This document shows, one piece after another, positions 61,807 to 64,000 of a DNA stretch of 64,000 nucleotides. Below the pieces are notes generated by a model. It was given only the letters and a program-made list of their open reading frames with translations. It was not told the origin of the DNA and did not search any database. Source of the DNA: Anaeramoeba ignava BMAN (lineage: Eukaryota > Protista > Anaeramoebae); assembly GCA_028826165.1 (NCBI GenBank), contig JAPDFW010000142.1:55125-119124 (forward strand). Reading direction: 5' to 3'. Every line of letters starts with the position of its first letter. The stretch's first letter is position 1. Made by a program: the position numbers and the translations under genes.

Positions 61807-64000
61807 ATCTTTTAATTCTTATCTTTATTCTCAATTAATTAAGAAGTTGGAAACAATTTTTGCAATTTTATTGAAAGTTATATTATGGCGGTTAATGATA
61901 ATTTCAAGTTAATTTTAACAACAAAAACAAAAAGAAGAAGAAAATTTTGGAAACAAATTTTTGAATCAATCAATTCAACCTTATCATAAAATTCAGAAGA
62001 ATTCCATTTTTCCATTATTTTATGAAGTTATAGCAGAAGAAGATTATAAATAATCGAAGAAGAAAAAGGAAGGAGGATGAATACGAATATTGTTGATAAC
62101 CATTGAAAAGTGATGATTGGTCATTCTAAGCACAAAAATATGAAAAATATCAATAAGATGATTTGGTGGAAATTTCATTTGTATGAATCTGAAAAATTTC
62201 AAAAGGTATATTCAAGGTATTTCCAAAGCTATTTTGCCTTTGAGAATCACCATCCATTAGCAAGGTTTCATTAAAAGCCTCCAAAATTGTGATTGAAACT
62301 CTTCCTTCTTTAACATTTATTCAATTTGAGTAATAATTTGAAAATATACAAACTAATATCAATTTGGAAGGCCTTTTCATTGACATGATTCTCAACTTTA
62401 TAAGTGTCACTTTATAAAGAACCGAATTCTCCAAATGAATTAATACCACCTACCGTGGAACTTTTATGATAAAATTTGCGATGAATCAATTAAATTTCCC
62501 TGAAACTTTAAGCAATATATGTTCCAGAATTATTTATGGTTTAATATGTTTACTTTTATGACTTTCAAAATAAAGGCAAATTTGTCTATAATCCCAAACT
62601 CAAAATTCCAAAGTATTCAAAGGCTGAAATTTCAGAGTTCACCATTTACAACTGGATTGTAAACAAAAGTGTTTCTGATCAAAATTAATTATAATTTATT
62701 ATACAAATTTTGATTAAATTTTCCCGATTTTCAGAACATATAAATTATTGATAATCGTATCAACGAAAATTTAAAGTCCAGCAAAATGAATCAAAGATTT
62801 ACTTAATGAAAGGGAGACAATTGTCATTTTAGTTACTCCAAAATTTTACATTTTCTTCTTTTAAGTATTCGCGCCTTTGATGTTACAAATCAAATTTAGT
62901 TTAGACATTTTCACAATAATTTACAGAAACAATATGTTGAGTACCTGCTCATGTCCCAGAATGGATAGCTTTTACATCAAACTCTCTCTAATATACACAA
63001 GTAGTTTTATTCATTTTACTTATACAATCGAGTATATCTGAAATTGATCAAATTATTGATATCAGGCATCCATAACAATTCAATTCAGCCATATATATTC
63101 ATCTTATTATTCCGTCAGAAGATTATCAAAGAAAAGAATAAAGTTAAAATTGTTTCAAGAAATTGTGTAATTGAATCCCTTTAAGAGCTATATATGACAT
63201 GCATCAAATTTCTTCACTAATTTAAAGAAGAAGAATTTGAAAGAGAAATTTTAAGAATTTTGAACATGAAAATGAAGTCTTGTGAGTGAAAGGATTTTAT
63301 ATAGTTTTGTTTACGGAATATTGAAGAAGAAGGAAGAAATTCGAAAACGACAACTCACTATTATAAGGAATATAATTACTTATTTTACAAAGAAAACAAA
63401 GAAGCAAAGGGAAACAAAATCAAATAAAAGAAACTAAATTATTAGCTACCACACACATAATTCTTGGCCAAAAGGTTAGTTGATGATATATCAAAAGAAG
63501 AAATTTTCCATGTTGTATGGTATGCAGCATTGTTGAAACAACAGATATTTATAGAAAGAAAACTACTATATTTATAAACTATACTTTTACCAATGAAAGG
63601 AAGGCAAATGTTGGTTTTAATGAGTGTATATGAAATCATAGATTTTCTGATTACTCATGAAAAGAGACAAATCAAATGTTCAGTTTAAAGAGATACTAAA
63701 TTTATATTATACCATTGCATTATTGTCGTTGACATTAGTTGTGCCAGAAAAGAGTACGGTCCGACCAAAACATTGTGAATATTTCCATTTTGAATTTACC
63801 ATGTAAGTAATGAAACTTTATCAAACCTTCTTAATGTTAACATTTATCCAAATACAGAAGAAACTCCTATTACATTCTTTTCTTATCAGGAAATTTTCCC
63901 TTTAAAGACTCTGGACAGACTTGACAATGGAACCCTAATGAATGTCGATTCCCAAGTAGGAGGATTGTATTACACGTATATTTACACCTGTAATTAGGGA

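Overview
Very AT-rich, gene-dense eukaryotic (protist) DNA with GT-AG introns, many of them inflated by simple repeats. Composition and gene families (many BTB fusions, RCC1-BTB, an RNF213-like gene) suggest a free-living metamonad amoeba such as Anaeramoeba; this is inference only. Contents from left to right: IQGAP-like RasGAP (5' end), a small coiled-coil gene, GET3/ASNA1, a 144-bp satellite interrupted by a complete Mutator-like transposon, two small GPI-type surface-protein paralogues, ankyrin-BTB, a divergent actin, two RCC1-BTB genes, a 152-bp satellite, a ~1913-aa single-pass receptor with FN3 ectodomain and cytoplasmic RasGAP, a CFAP410/C21orf2 homologue, CH-RasGAP-PH, V-ATPase E, an RRM protein, a small selenoprotein missed by the ORF track, two Rab-like-GTPase-BTB-CaaX fusions, an LRR-TKL kinase, a Lys/Ala/Thr-rich protein, an RCC1-BTB pseudogene and a frameshifted RNF213/mysterin-like giant AAA+ gene that degrades toward the window end. 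Best finding: a two-exon Rdx-like (SelW/T/H-type) gene at 41667-42107. It has an in-frame TGA at the active-site position, a canonical type II SECIS about 40 nt after its stop, a signal peptide and no cysteine at all (IxxU instead of CxxU). Next best: the plexin-analogous receptor-RasGAP and the Rab-BTB pair whose switch II lies on a 24-nt micro-exon.
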